DNA from: Naegleria gruberi
Lineage: Eukaryota
DNA length: 64,000 bases
Reading direction: 5' to 3' (one strand)
Assembly (NCBI GenBank): GCA_000004985.1
Contig: GG738856.1
Shown: positions 24,201-31,867 of the stretch, piece by piece
How positions within the stretch are numbered: position 1 is the stretch's first letter
How the letters are laid out: every line of letters starts with the position of its first letter
Notes under the pieces: model-generated
What the model saw: the letters and a program-made list of their open reading frames with translations, nothing else
The model's database searches: none
Told to the model about the DNA's origin: nothing
Program-made: the position numbers and the translations under genes

Positions 24201-27200
24201 GATGAACCAGACGACATTATTCAACAAACTATGAACAGAGGCAAGAATCTTATCAAGAGCCACGAATTTAAGAATTGTCTTTCATATACCAAAAAGGAAA
24301 AGGAATTGCTTTCTGTTATTGAAAAGGAATTTATGGAAGATTCCAAGAATGTTGTAGATAGACTTCCAGTTATTTATGAATTGGTTGGAAAGAACTTTGA
24401 AAACTTGATCATCAAGAGTGCTGTTCCAAAGGAATTTGATGCTGTAACAAGCAATATTGAAGATTTTAGTGTTGAAATTATTGAACAAACCCAACTTCTC
24501 AACAAGGAAAATTCTCCAAAGAGTATGAAATTGAGAGCTCTCGTTACTTTGTTGACAGAACTTAAGGAAATGGGCATTTCCTACTTGAAGAAGAGTGTTG
24601 GATCTGAAACTGCTATTGACAAGATTTTCCAAATTCCAGATGTTGGATTCTCATTGAATAACCTCACTTCAAATGATGTTCAAGAAGTTTTCAAGAAGGC
24701 TGATGACTATTACTTTAAGAACATTTTCAGTGTTCAAAACTTTAAACTCACCTTTGAAGGCGAAGTTTCTGGTGATATCAAGTCTCAACAAACCAAGATG
24801 AGAGGTTATCCAGACAATTTGTTCTTCCTCACAATGAAACACAGAAGAATCTTGGGTACTATTGAAGCAAGCCAAAAAGCTAATAAGTCTTTCCTTTCAA
24901 CCTTGAAACATTTGAAGCAAAGCTTTGAAAATGAAAAGGATGAAGGTGTTATCATTTCACAAAGCAAGGCTAGAGAATTGTTGAATGTACAATCAGGATA
25001 TGTCTTTAGACTCTATGAATTGGTTGCCCAAATCACTTCTCTATACACAGCTCTCTCAAAGCATGATAGTGCTTATGATAAACCTTTGAAGACTATTGAA
25101 GATGCCAAGAGTATCATTGATAGAAGCGTCGATCTTTTAGAAAGAATTATGAATAGAACTCAACTCTTCAGTACTAAGGATTTGAAGGAGCTTTCCGAAA
25201 ATCTCGAGACTTTGCAAAACGCTAGAGGTATTCTCAACAAGTTTGTTTCTGAAACCTCTGATCTTCCAAAATCAAAGGAATTGATTAGTCTTGTTGAAGA
25301 GTTTGATCAAGTCAAAACTACCTATGAATCAATTGTTGCAGAAGAAGCCAGTAATAACAAGTTTGATTTGGCTTCTATTTCATCATTTGCCAAGCTTTAC
25401 AAGCATGCTGTCAAGTCTATTCAATTGACTATCCAAGATTTGGTAAAGGCTTGCTCTGAAGAACAAGTTCAATATGAAGAAACTATGAAATCAGCCTCTG
25501 AAGAACTCAAGAATAGAAAGAAGGAAGATGATGAAGAAGATGACACTTACTCTGCTTCTTACTTGAGCAAGAATAACTCCATTCAAAGACTTGAAGAATT
25601 TATTGATAGATGTCATGGAGTTATCACTACTGGTTTGGCCAAGATTAACAAGGACATTTCTGGAATGATTGAATTCATCGTTGACAATAGTAAGAATTCT
25701 CAAAACATTACAAACAGTCTTACAGAATTGTTGAGTAACTTAGCTCCATTATTGCAAAGATTGGATGGTGTTGTTGATACCCTCAAGATTCCTCTTGTTT
25801 ATTATCACAAGAGTATTTCCAAACTCACTTATGTTCTCCTCAATATCTTCTCAACTTTGTGCAAGCAAGGTTTCTGTGGTAAGGATGACGAAGAACAAGG
25901 TGAAGGAGAAAGTGATGGTGTTGACTTTAGTTCTGGTACTGGTATGGACGATGGTGAAGGTATCAATGATATTGGTGATCAAATTGACAATGAAGATCAA
26001 TTATTGAACGAAAAGGATAAGCAACAACAAGAAGGTAATAAGGACCTTGAAAAGAACGATAATGCTATCGAAATGGACGGAGACTTTGAAGCTGAAAAGC
26101 AAGAAGTTGACGAACAAGAGGATGATGAGGAACAAGATCAAGATGAAGAACAAGATGAAAATAAGGAAATGGGTGAAATAGATGAAGATGATCCAAATAA
26201 GGAACAACTTGATGAAAAACTCTGGGACGAAAATGAAAATGACAGAGATGACAAGACTGAAGAAGGTTCCGATAAGAATGACAATCCTCAACAACAAGAT
26301 AGCGAACTTCAAGCGCAAGAAAATGAAAATGATGATCATCAACAAGATAATAGAAAGGACAAGCAAAAGAAGGATGACAAGCCAATGGAATACGAAGAAG
26401 ATGAAGAAGCTGTTGAACAAGAAGAATTCGAAGATAATATGGATGATAAATTCAATGATGAATTCCAAGACCAAGATAAGGATGGTGAAGATCAAGATGG
26501 AAAAGACAATGATCAACAAATGGATGATTTGGAAATTTCTGAAGATGAACAAGAAGGCGATGAAGAAAATCAAAATGAACAAGAAGGTGATGAAGAAAAC
26601 AAGGATGGTGAAGATAAGGAAGAAGGAGACAATGAAGATGCTGACGGTGATGAAGACTTGAAGAAGAAGAAGGATGAAGAAATTGATGAACAAGTTGACA
26701 CCGAAGATATCGCTCCAGAAGACCAAAATATTAGTGGACAAGATGAAGACAATCAAGATGCTATCGATCCAAACTTGGAATCTGAAAACAAACAAGAAAA
26801 GGACGAAGATGGCAATGATGACGAAGATGGTGAAAAGGAAAATGAACAAGAAGAGGAAGAAAAGGCCCATACTGCAGAGGAAGAAGCTGATTCTAAGGAT
26901 CTCAAAGAAACTCCATTTGGTGTTAAACAAACTGCTGGTAAAGCTTCTGATATTAAGGAAGATTCAGCTGAAAATGAACAAAGACAAGAAAAGAAGAATA
27001 ACAATGCTGAAGAAAGTGGTAAAGACACCAATAAGAATGAAATGGGTGAAAGTATGGATCAAGGTACTGATAATAATGCTGACCAAGAGCCAGAATCCGG
27101 CCAAATGCAAATGGATCCAAATCCTCTCAGAAGCTTGGGTGATGCCATGAAGAATTGGAAGAAGAAGCTCAACCTCGTCGAGAGAAACAAACAAGAAAAT

Positions 27201-28598
27201 GAAAAGAACAAGCAAGATGAAGGTGAAAAGAGCGAAGCTTTTGAGTTTGTTGAAGAAAATGATGCCGATAAGGACCAACAAGAAAATCAAATCTTGTCTA
27301 ATGCCACCGAAGAACAATCTAAGGAGTTCCCAGCAATGGAAGATGGCGAAGAGGATGATGAAGATGAAGAAATGACTGAAGAAAAGAAGAAGGATGAATT
27401 TGGTGAGGAAAAGAAGAAGGACGAAAAGGAAGGTAATAATGCCGACTCAAAGCCAAGTATTTCATCCAAGTTGGATAAGAAATTAGAACAAGACGAAGAC
27501 GAGGATGAAGATATGGAAGATATTCAATTTGAACCTTCAAATAAGAAGGTAGATTTTGTCCAAACCAACTTTGAAAGTACTATCCACACCAAGACTGAAG
27601 CTTTAGAAGAAGAAATTGAGACTGAAGAACCAGAAATTAAACCATTAAGTATGGATGACATTAAGATGATGAGAGAAGAGCTTGAATCATCTCTCAACGA
27701 ATGGAGAAATAATGAAGAAAATGTAAACAATAGTAAGGAAATTTGGAAGAAGTTTGATATTTTGACATCAAGCTTGTCTCAAGAATTGTGCGAACAATTA
27801 AGATTGATTCTTGAACCAACTTTGGCTACTAAACTCAAGGGTGACTACAAGACTGGTAAAAGAATTAACATGAAGAAGATTATTCCTTATATTGCCAGTC
27901 AATTTAGAAAGGATAAGATTTGGCTTAGAAGAACAAAACCAAATAAGAGAGATTACCAAATTCTTTTGGCTATCGATGATTCCAAGTCTATGAATGATAA
28001 CCATGCTGGTCAAATGGCTTGTGAAGCTTTAACATTGATTTCTAGAGCCATGTCACAACTTGAAGTAGGTCAATTAGGTGTTGTTAGCTTTGGTGAAAAG
28101 ATGAAATTGTTACATCCTTTCGAGAAACCATTCACTGATGAAACCGGTGCTGAAATCCTCTCTCAATTCACATTCAAACAAAATCAAACTCAAATTGTTA
28201 ACTTCCTGTCAGATACCATTCAACTTATGGAAAATTACAAGTCTATGGAATTCTCTAACAATAGCGAACAATATCAATTGGCATTTATTATTTCAGATGG
28301 TAGAATGTTAGAAAGAGATAGAATTGTTAAATTGGTCAGAGAAGGACAGGAAAAGAAGATTCTTTTCGTTTTCATTTTGATTGATAATCCAAATCCAAAG
28401 GATTCTATTCTCAATGTAAAGAGTATCAACTCTACTTCAGATCCAAAACAACCATTAACATTTAGTTATTATATTGAAAAGTTCCCATTCCCATTCTACA
28501 TAATTTTGAGAGACATTCAAACTTTACCTGAAGTCTTGGCCGATGCTCTTCGTCAATACTTTGAATTAATCAATCTCACTGCTAATGAACAAGTTTAA
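12249..28598 (+). CDS. MDN1: midasin (MDN1/Rea1), 5449 aa, single 16.35-kb exon
   Basis: Six AAA P-loops in order: GIIGSGKT (12948..12971), GETGVGKT (13965..13988), GPTSAGKT (15279..15302), GDTGTGKT (16152..16175), GSPGVGKT (17412..17435), GPSACGKT (18387..18410). About 560 aa of D/E-rich linker follow. The C-terminal VWA/MIDAS domain has LLAIDDSKSM (DxSxS at 27975..27989), and the tail EFPFPFYIILRDIQTLPEVLADALRQYFEL matches the conserved midasin C-terminus. A short upstream exon is possible (see findings). Confidence 0.95.
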   Translation: MDKLNNNNNTTDSNYDTINAITKILPLYPQFKTFIKQYFKDRPSLIESIVNNHQEDKIDQKQLITLLEITLRLLIFAPSDFCKMWNWSPFFSLLKHKNKDIKSLTSKCVSIILKLDDQFFNSKIDNLKTYVLEEIESEELVHLENTLSFYDDTETSNMETTTEETRDKLIISHKSDSMVNVCGVWLHKNLREIKSSQQNISADKTKLIFTKTSLENMRSLALGVAQENPIILEGIIGSGKTAYVEELARITGNTDLIKVNLDESFDSKDLLGTYVCTDVPGEFRWQPGALTKAVMEGRWILIEDLDLAPFDIISSIIPLVESGNLFLPSRDEIIPASTGFQLFATQSLVESLNGTTTRQRVLPMSNLWTKVRVNKLPSKEIEHILKVKFESIQQLIPKFIETYDALRSGHISDDSEKSEKQSSESTQLKSFGRLFSFRDLLKWCERVQRFYGQKIQKNQNYVLSQIKRDIFHEAIDVFCGMIAKHDIYDSVVGTLALVWEIYNYEEYLKTYKPQLHEEKGVITVGRISLERDEKNLGELLNKNSNFAHTKQSLRMMERVGACIKMNEPILLNGETGVGKTTAVQYLANLMGKKLLVHNLNQQTDSADFIGGYKPVDLKILAASVKSNFEQLFSVTFPSKENEVTLKKVRDLYTKKSWAQFIMMLNKIIDLADQKLSKVDEVVDEKLEEVDSKKRKKTQGSSSGTKKQKTSDKTSTLKQYWTKFKESVDKFNQQQILVQNSFAFSFVEGTLVKALKEGHWILLDEINLASTETLERLSSLLEGEEGTLFITEKGDTEPIKRHPNFRIFACMNPPTDIGKKNLPPGLRNRFSEFYVHELTDKDDLKIVVSRYLSTVPHPPVDDIVNFYLDVKKKSEAELSDGASQRPHYSLRTLTRSLDYAVFVMKDYGMERSLYEGFSMGFLTLLSSACSSTVEKMIRTCFFKQKNVDNSLKQAPSQPASGDFVLFKHFWLPQGQFAPEQPADFIITDTVEENLKNLARAIKTNKYPVLLQGPTSAGKTSMVQYLAKMTGHKFVRINNHESTDLQEYFGSYITNSQGKLVFQEGILVEAVRNGYWLVLDELNLAPSDILEALNRLLDDNRELFIPETQETVKPHPHFQLFATQNPPGLYGGRKVLSRAFRNRFLELHIDEIPRGELVTILHRRCQISNQHAEKLVSVMRELQQRRQSSKIFAGKSNITPRDLFRWAERMKGADEKINYNQNAAEEGFMLLAERLRRDEEKDIVKEILEKVFKTKLDLERMYNPKELDNLQVAGSTIVWTKTMKRMYVLVGKCLQFSEPALLVGDTGTGKTTVCQVYADIYEQHLRILNCHQHTETSDILGSLRPVRGREKLKIELEELIEEFITTANTKYSLDINFGNETSIGKKVKRLEDICKKLAKERKLAEPQKKKQKNEFKEKELLEKQLIIRDIYQKWKALFTWYDGPLVQSMKSGEIFLIDEISLAEDAVLERLNSVLEPSRELTLPERGSEKIESIVAHDKFRILATMNPGGDFGKRELSPALRNRFTEIYVPSLSVSEDLAIIVASKLDQSIKSFNTRMVEFVQFFKSKRTKRLLSVRDVISWVQFMNMAVAKLDMDAYGAFLHGVDTVILESIGVGTDSSAKNRLLLRKECFTFLLDKIAQENVLSTEQLEYYRDVFLNENYTAIRSNKTKESSEYFGYHPFYVKCGESSERKIVYALDAPTTGRNVMKVLRAMQLRKPLLLEGSPGVGKTSLISAIAKASGHNIVRINLSEQTDMMDLLGTDLPVEGSSGGQFRWCDGIFLRALRNGDWVLLDELNLASQSVLEGLNSVLDHRAEIYIPEINETVKCPEGFRIFACQNPLQQGGGRKGLPKSFLNRFTQVYVDELRPEDLTFILNSIHGDIGEENIKLMIDFNRKMHKETMELYRFGRKGSPWEFNLRDVFRWCELLKKERELNKDCTKPIDPMRMIDCMYKQRMRTVEDRKHVERVYKELTGKDFPCETNPTYTITPGAVQIGSSILLKNSSFDDSDKDNHAPSTSSQDLILLQSFLNPLENIMKCIEMNYLTIVNGPSACGKTSIVRLIAQMTGNMLSEFSMSSSTDTVELLGGFEQVDPIQKVRKIASFIKIKIDELARIAFLNDENLRFDALKLLYNQWTTYDATAKKDASFSGIEQLKSMCETLFDNLEYQSDEKQAIIQQLDNLSKLLEMGVKGRFEWNDGVLIRSLEAGNWILIDNVNFCNPTVLDRLNSLLEPEGVLVVNERGLVDGEIRIVKPHPHFRIFMVMDPKYGEISRAMRNRGIEISMFPITIPSQDAFTLLANNGVPSAHLCNVLMDYHAKFTQKIFLPEEDRPTIRDLLRCAEVFNSEVKQGLNITNAFKAAISCVYIRSRCSSKSAVDIAESELEECAKQLPRNDHGFPSTFVAANAFKCDKSLFRTVFRQSARLYDIIRNYLSLKVAESNDHNDSTKKLLDSLKWKILVTDLPPHFLQTNDVEKTIISADVMDTSSTSNLINDMQYALEYFIDVSSFKDIDIRVIWLQRLLTLCKSDKILEELLTKGIELLNTRKGCEVSKKIQKIFKNMQQTVTQRFSEIIASQPMNLKYSEQLFARLQYLGLINEQDNYVFDAATILTSQQKRKYEEQQSIAVEFQGTIVENKSSLLHQSYYYHLNPKHRSTAPNRVVVHLYTLFVQIDELVDAIMNSKVDESVCSLDDISGMLRCRDKLWFYLSHTAELSEEFFIYWNWLAKEFLKVKVKKPATSGKKKNISETPYGLYEQLCTFMGEIDGLVISNFNSVGKKNTLYKNCGKPTISLSVELKEIEDTITNYLSVNTSSNTESKELKQLVYNAMSTVKLLQQEPNHPDQEKLLQYVRTVPELLEKAKPKEQEISEDVYTPYKELATKSEQELVMDKIFRDIAEFTAPDKKHINAASLHSTQAISPLFDYKSMHHEMNVVTLLSKIGYILKRLDASSDVKEIKRLLSTAVAKGRHLIDFILQNCSRGPLDLVPYQLLLWRISNLETNSADEIKKIALGIPSLLHFVWIYWNERVWENTYNTSMFENSDSTETPVSRDDLAGPNRLFQDVNSVHILKLLSGWENIPIRSRHIKIDQLKKVVQFICTNVDNVQSEEVDWNNLVYLYCDTLLSFKKSFPEASFQLLLDITDSLCATKQASVQDLTKIIESSNDGRLKAKKNDIISVCNLICTRDEDKNKDLMNRGLAWLKLGETRMNLFIPANSLDPTLKYAIYDKHLKEDIQVLQGKLEIMTSIERFISGSGRNIISDKIEKDITNIQSIVDKITPKVINRPTNISFIDMYREMKSLADQHEVIKNLSNSLIKFFESDNDDKQDMVAELINKEESYQANSHSHIKSKILKNSFGFEDLALPFASSAYHIKYGLRLLCYGSLAKKDESEQNTVNQILNHLLSFPSCNSVQTIEDDLAIVQQWLKSIENSANTQSKCKQYETATKVLRVLMSRCLLITVSQTSSQDNTIHNLQLLNQVFVMYSNLFESVEDELEKKKAEEDNFYKYKERKTTIETEEEILEEEMETMFPTYSEDYSQFNAPTEEKNIMNLSEKKESLISEKSLLERVNKVIHDEREIDYLVRTHKDIFSFISSSSQLRPVDTIDTIRNKMFDESFNVAVHIINTLNGKYQIDMTSSGYLPLVLFGSRALNNLWVKVDNSKEAKLKAYSEVYTEPNIPEITLAFSTLFSMLQRLNFLIKKYSTEEQKGHPILVEMVKIIEHILNQPITSPIIKILTGLELVLIKAGEWEEYLTAHVNSLKDEIRKLSGLIIRWRRMELENWKGIYDLKNREYKNKSINWWFRFYNMICNSSFKMEELTKIIEDFFGICDDFIRTSTIGDFEYRLGLLNNFYQHLAAEIERKYSDDVEVRTKIRDIIFNLHKYYSQFSGKLEERLDQEKQPLETKLRDFITLTKWEDVNIDAIRFTTKKSRRALAKFSKGFGEVLVKPARDLWDKYDELAAASEIIQESEKKPKRKSKNKKIKKRKNKKFIADEPDDIIQQTMNRGKNLIKSHEFKNCLSYTKKEKELLSVIEKEFMEDSKNVVDRLPVIYELVGKNFENLIIKSAVPKEFDAVTSNIEDFSVEIIEQTQLLNKENSPKSMKLRALVTLLTELKEMGISYLKKSVGSETAIDKIFQIPDVGFSLNNLTSNDVQEVFKKADDYYFKNIFSVQNFKLTFEGEVSGDIKSQQTKMRGYPDNLFFLTMKHRRILGTIEASQKANKSFLSTLKHLKQSFENEKDEGVIISQSKARELLNVQSGYVFRLYELVAQITSLYTALSKHDSAYDKPLKTIEDAKSIIDRSVDLLERIMNRTQLFSTKDLKELSENLETLQNARGILNKFVSETSDLPKSKELISLVEEFDQVKTTYESIVAEEASNNKFDLASISSFAKLYKHAVKSIQLTIQDLVKACSEEQVQYEETMKSASEELKNRKKEDDEEDDTYSASYLSKNNSIQRLEEFIDRCHGVITTGLAKINKDISGMIEFIVDNSKNSQNITNSLTELLSNLAPLLQRLDGVVDTLKIPLVYYHKSISKLTYVLLNIFSTLCKQGFCGKDDEEQGEGESDGVDFSSGTGMDDGEGINDIGDQIDNEDQLLNEKDKQQQEGNKDLEKNDNAIEMDGDFEAEKQEVDEQEDDEEQDQDEEQDENKEMGEIDEDDPNKEQLDEKLWDENENDRDDKTEEGSDKNDNPQQQDSELQAQENENDDHQQDNRKDKQKKDDKPMEYEEDEEAVEQEEFEDNMDDKFNDEFQDQDKDGEDQDGKDNDQQMDDLEISEDEQEGDEENQNEQEGDEENKDGEDKEEGDNEDADGDEDLKKKKDEEIDEQVDTEDIAPEDQNISGQDEDNQDAIDPNLESENKQEKDEDGNDDEDGEKENEQEEEEKAHTAEEEADSKDLKETPFGVKQTAGKASDIKEDSAENEQRQEKKNNNAEESGKDTNKNEMGESMDQGTDNNADQEPESGQMQMDPNPLRSLGDAMKNWKKKLNLVERNKQENEKNKQDEGEKSEAFEFVEENDADKDQQENQILSNATEEQSKEFPAMEDGEEDDEDEEMTEEKKKDEFGEEKKKDEKEGNNADSKPSISSKLDKKLEQDEDEDEDMEDIQFEPSNKKVDFVQTNFESTIHTKTEALEEEIETEEPEIKPLSMDDIKMMREELESSLNEWRNNEENVNNSKEIWKKFDILTSSLSQELCEQLRLILEPTLATKLKGDYKTGKRINMKKIIPYIASQFRKDKIWLRRTKPNKRDYQILLAIDDSKSMNDNHAGQMACEALTLISRAMSQLEVGQLGVVSFGEKMKLLHPFEKPFTDETGAEILSQFTFKQNQTQIVNFLSDTIQLMENYKSMEFSNNSEQYQLAFIISDGRMLERDRIVKLVREGQEKKILFVFILIDNPNPKDSILNVKSINSTSDPKQPLTFSYYIEKFPFPFYIILRDIQTLPEVLADALRQYFELINLTANEQV
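25870..27540 (+). repeat. low-complexity D/E/K-rich linker inside the midasin CDS
   Basis: GAA/GAT/AAG-dominated sequence. It generates the long F/I/L-rich and S-rich antisense ORFs in the six-frame track (for example 26001..26930 minus). Confidence 0.9.
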
Positions 28599-28603
28599 AT
28601 AAA

Positions 28604-29599
28604 TCACTCGTTATCAGATAAAAGATCATCTTCATAAAAGCATCCTCGTTCTCTTATTTCATCCACTTTGAGATTTGGAAGAGAATTTCTCAAATATGTG
28701 GCAACATTATGATCAATATTGTTAATGCAAATAGATTGTAACAGCTGTAGTGATACTAATTGTCTTGCAGCACCATCACCAATGTCGGATGCCCAAACAG
28801 AGAGACAGGTTAGTTGTGTCATCGCTTGACTAATATACTCTGCTCCTAGATCTCCAATACTATTACAGTCCATATTTAATGATTTCAAACCAGTCAATTT
28901 ACAAATAAGTTTTGTTCCTTCAGAGTCAATGTGGTTTGTTCCAATATTTAATTCTGTCAATTGAGTTAATTTACAAATTGCTTCACAATCTTTATCATTC
29001 AAATCATTTTCTTCAACAATCAATGTCCTTAACTTGTCCAAAGTAACAAGGTGTTCCAAATCTGGAGAATTGTTTCTTTTCTTTCTAGAATAAAATTTAA
29101 AAACTGAAGAAATGTTCAACGTTTGAAGGTTTTTCAAAGAACCTATCAAATAAAATCCATTTTCTTGAACAAATCTCGTATTACCACTCACATCTAGATA
29201 GGTCAATTGATTGTGAATTACCTTACATAGATACTTCATTCCTGGATCGCTTGAAATATCAATTGTTCTATGCAAAGAAATTCCCTTAATATTCGAAACA
29301 TAGGTAGAACTTCTATTATCATCCTTCAAAACTTGTAAAAATTTCAACCATGATGATTTTGTATTAAATTTAACATCAAAACTAAATAAACTATTTCCAA
29401 TTTTAAAAAATCTTTTCGAAATTAAAAAACAATTTTGGATAATCATTTTACTCTCTAAAAAAGTCAAAACTTCAAAGCAAATATCCTTTGAAAACTTAAA
29501 AGAGTGATTAGTTGTTATATTGCTGATCGGAATCTGTTTGAATTTTTTATCTGGAATTTCGTCAAGATCAGAATGATCATCTGTTTCCTTTCGTTTCAT
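28604..29599 (-). CDS. F-box-like / RNI-type leucine-rich-repeat protein
   Basis: N-terminal ICFEVLTFLESKMIIQNCFLISKRFFKIG is F-box-like. Multiple LRRs follow, such as LTQLTELNIGTNHIDSEGTKLICKLTGLKSLNMDCNSIGDLGAEYISQAMTQLTCLSVWASDIGDGAARQL. Its stop codon lies 5 bp from the midasin stop (convergent). Confidence 0.65.
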   Translation of the reverse strand: MKRKETDDHSDLDEIPDKKFKQIPISNITTNHSFKFSKDICFEVLTFLESKMIIQNCFLISKRFFKIGNSLFSFDVKFNTKSSWLKFLQVLKDDNRSSTYVSNIKGISLHRTIDISSDPGMKYLCKVIHNQLTYLDVSGNTRFVQENGFYLIGSLKNLQTLNISSVFKFYSRKKRNNSPDLEHLVTLDKLRTLIVEENDLNDKDCEAICKLTQLTELNIGTNHIDSEGTKLICKLTGLKSLNMDCNSIGDLGAEYISQAMTQLTCLSVWASDIGDGAARQLVSLQLLQSICINNIDHNVATYLRNSLPNLKVDEIRERGCFYEDDLLSDNE

Positions 29600-29813
29600 T
29601 TTTTCTGTTTCGTTTGAAGTTGGTGAAGAAAAGCATTCACAAACACAAATTAATCAACCATCTTCGAAGAGAGAAGAGAGGCTATGTATGTGATATCAAT
29701 ATCTGACTTTCTGATGTTATTAAGAGATAGGCATATTAGTATTTTACAATTTCTAGTTCTTGAAAGAATGGAGGAGGAGCTTACATTAAAATACACAATT
29801 GGTTTATGAGGAA

Positions 29814-30560
29814 CTATTTTTCTTCCCTTGGTGGTCTTTCAACTACCTTAATCTTTGTAATGAGAATTTCCTCATTTACTGGATAAATATTTTCACACTG
29901 TTGACAAATTTCCTTACTCATTCCACCTTTTACAGCCATTCTTTCCACAAAGTCGTGAATCTTCATCTTTTTAATGTGTTTTTCCACTGTTTGGTGCATG
30001 ACAGTTCGAATCTTTTTGATTTGTGACTTGTTGGCATAGGATGTCTTTTTCAATTGAAGAGTTCGTGCTCTTGTTGTTGCACTCATGAAAATTCTCACTT
30101 GATATCCATCTAAACTCTTATAAACTTGATTGAGTGTAATGAGTGTGTGAAATTTGTGTGGAATTGAAGCTAATTTTTCTTTGGTCAATCGAAACCCATT
30201 AAAATCAGCTTCAGCATGTCCTCTTTCCGAAATTGTGTAAATTTTCAAATTAATTACATTGTAATCAAGATCAGACTTGACTGACATGATATCTGGGGCA
30301 AAAGTTTCAATCGAACGATTCAAAACCTTTTCATGAGTTGGTAATTTTGAGGCAGTTTTACCTATTGCTCTGGTGACTGGTGTGAATATTAGAGGAAAAT
30401 CCAGAGTTGAGTTTGGTAATTTAGGTGTTGAAATTGATGCATATTCATCATGTTTCGTCTTGGAATATTCGAAATAGGGAGATTTGACAAGGAATGTAGT
30501 TTTGAAATAGAATGGGTCGATACAACGACGACGTTTTTGTTTGCTTTTACCTACTACCAT
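29814..30560 (-). CDS. ribosomal protein eS1 (S3a)-like, divergent
   Basis: Start MVVGKSKQKRRRCIDPFYFK resembles MAVGKNKR...VVDPFSKK. ...KKTSYANKSQIKKIRTVMHQTV resembles KTSYAQ..Q.RQIRKKM. ...CQQCENIYPVNEEILITKIKVV resembles CQSIYPL.DVFVRKVKML. The track ORF begins 26 codons upstream; the ATG at 30560 matches the eS1 N-terminus. The central region is far more divergent than is usual for eS1. Confidence 0.6.
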   Translation of the reverse strand: MVVGKSKQKRRRCIDPFYFKTTFLVKSPYFEYSKTKHDEYASISTPKLPNSTLDFPLIFTPVTRAIGKTASKLPTHEKVLNRSIETFAPDIMSVKSDLDYNVINLKIYTISERGHAEADFNGFRLTKEKLASIPHKFHTLITLNQVYKSLDGYQVRIFMSATTRARTLQLKKTSYANKSQIKKIRTVMHQTVEKHIKKMKIHDFVERMAVKGGMSKEICQQCENIYPVNEEILITKIKVVERPPREEK

Positions 30561-30739
30561 ATTTTTTTTTCTTTTGTTTGAAATTAAGAAATTGAAAGTT
30601 ATTTTTGTAATGTTGAATTCAATTCCATAATTTACCACTTCAAAAACCTAACTTCCAATGTTTACTACCATGCTAGTTTCCTCCTGTCCTGATGTGGCCA
30701 AGGTTATGAAATATAAAGCAATTGGAAATGCTTTCTGAA

Positions 30740-31867
30740 TTATTTATTCAAATACTTAACTTCCTGAGTCAATTTACAAGTGTAATGATGAGCAGATTGA
30801 TAAGACTCATATTTAGTCCACCCACTCAATTTAAACTTGTAATATCCAACATCTATCACACCCGTGTAATTACATCCGTAAACACTTGAGGTTTCTGCCA
30901 AAATCTGAATCCCATAATTGCCATATTTGCTGTTTGATCCTACCAGTCCAATTAAAGAGCTATCTGTTGCTATCGTATGGTTATTGTAATACCACCTACA
31001 GCGATATCTATCGGATAAGGTATCAGCTCTAAAGAATATTCCAAATCCAACCCTTCTAACACTTTTATCCGAATTTGTTGAGTTTCCAGATTTAAGATTT
31101 TCAAAATGTTTGGCCAAATCTGAAGGCATGCACAGTTTGTAAATATGTTTCAAATTCTTTGGAATAACTCCACAACTCTCTGCAAAATGGCTCACATCAA
31201 ATATAAAGGCATGTTCACTATTATCCATTTTTCCAATTACAATATATCTATCAAGTGATTCCTTTTCCTCATTGAAATAATTAGTTTTCAGCTTGAAGTA
31301 AACTTGATGATTATCATGATCGATAATCGTTATAAGAGAATTGATAATTTCCTCTTCATTCTTCAATGCATAATTTGTGAATTTGCTCAGCTCTGAAATT
31401 GAATTACTATAATTGAAACAAATCTCAATTCTTAAAGTATCAATAGGCATGCATTTCTCTGGAAACAATACCTTGTCCTTCTCGACAGAACAAGGTCTTG
31501 CTACTTGACCAACCACCAATGGTTGCGAATCTTGACACGTGAAGGTCACATTAAACATGGCATTTTCTCCTGTATTAATTTCCTTGCACATATCCATCAC
31601 ATTCTTTACTCGATCATAAATATCACTTGATCTAGTAGGCATTCCAATGTTTTCTCGTGAATTTTTCTTTTTAAATTGCATGGTAGGAATGTCAAGTTTC
31701 AATTTAATTAAATCTTTCAACATGGATGTGAATGATTCCGAATGTTGATATGAATTTTCCACTTTTCTTGATGATGGTCTTGNNNNNNNNNNNNNNNNNN
31801 NNNNNNNNNNNNNNNNNNNNNNNNNNNNNNNNTTGGATGATACTTTGGAGTTAAATAGAACTCTCAT
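30740..31867 (-). CDS. hypothetical protein (contains an assembly gap; N-terminus uncertain)
   Basis: A 375-codon ORF spans the 50-N gap at 31783..31832. No recognisable motif. Confidence 0.4.
   Translation of the reverse strand: MRVLFNSKVSSXXXXXXXXXXXXXXXXXXRPSSRKVENSYQHSESFTSMLKDLIKLKLDIPTMQFKKKNSRENIGMPTRSSDIYDRVKNVMDMCKEINTGENAMFNVTFTCQDSQPLVVGQVARPCSVEKDKVLFPEKCMPIDTLRIEICFNYSNSISELSKFTNYALKNEEEIINSLITIIDHDNHQVYFKLKTNYFNEEKESLDRYIVIGKMDNSEHAFIFDVSHFAESCGVIPKNLKHIYKLCMPSDLAKHFENLKSGNSTNSDKSVRRVGFGIFFRADTLSDRYRCRWYYNNHTIATDSSLIGLVGSNSKYGNYGIQILAETSSVYGCNYTGVIDVGYYKFKLSGWTKYESYQSAHHYTCKLTQEVKYLNK
31783..31832. other. assembly gap (50 N) plus a single n at 31891
   Basis: A 50-N run is the usual placeholder for a gap of unknown size. 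Confidence 0.95.

Noticed and set aside
12425-25703. Dozens of 60-140-codon minus-strand ORFs inside 12.2-28.6 kb
   Set aside because: All lie inside the continuous 5449-codon midasin frame, which has strong domain evidence. They are antisense noise.
26001-26930. 309-aa F/I/L-rich minus-strand ORF, plus many S-rich and K-rich ORFs at 26065-27730 on both strands
   Set aside because: They lie antisense or out of frame within the GAA/GAT/AAG low-complexity D/E linker of midasin. Purine-rich repeats generate stop-free frames on every strand, so these are not genes.
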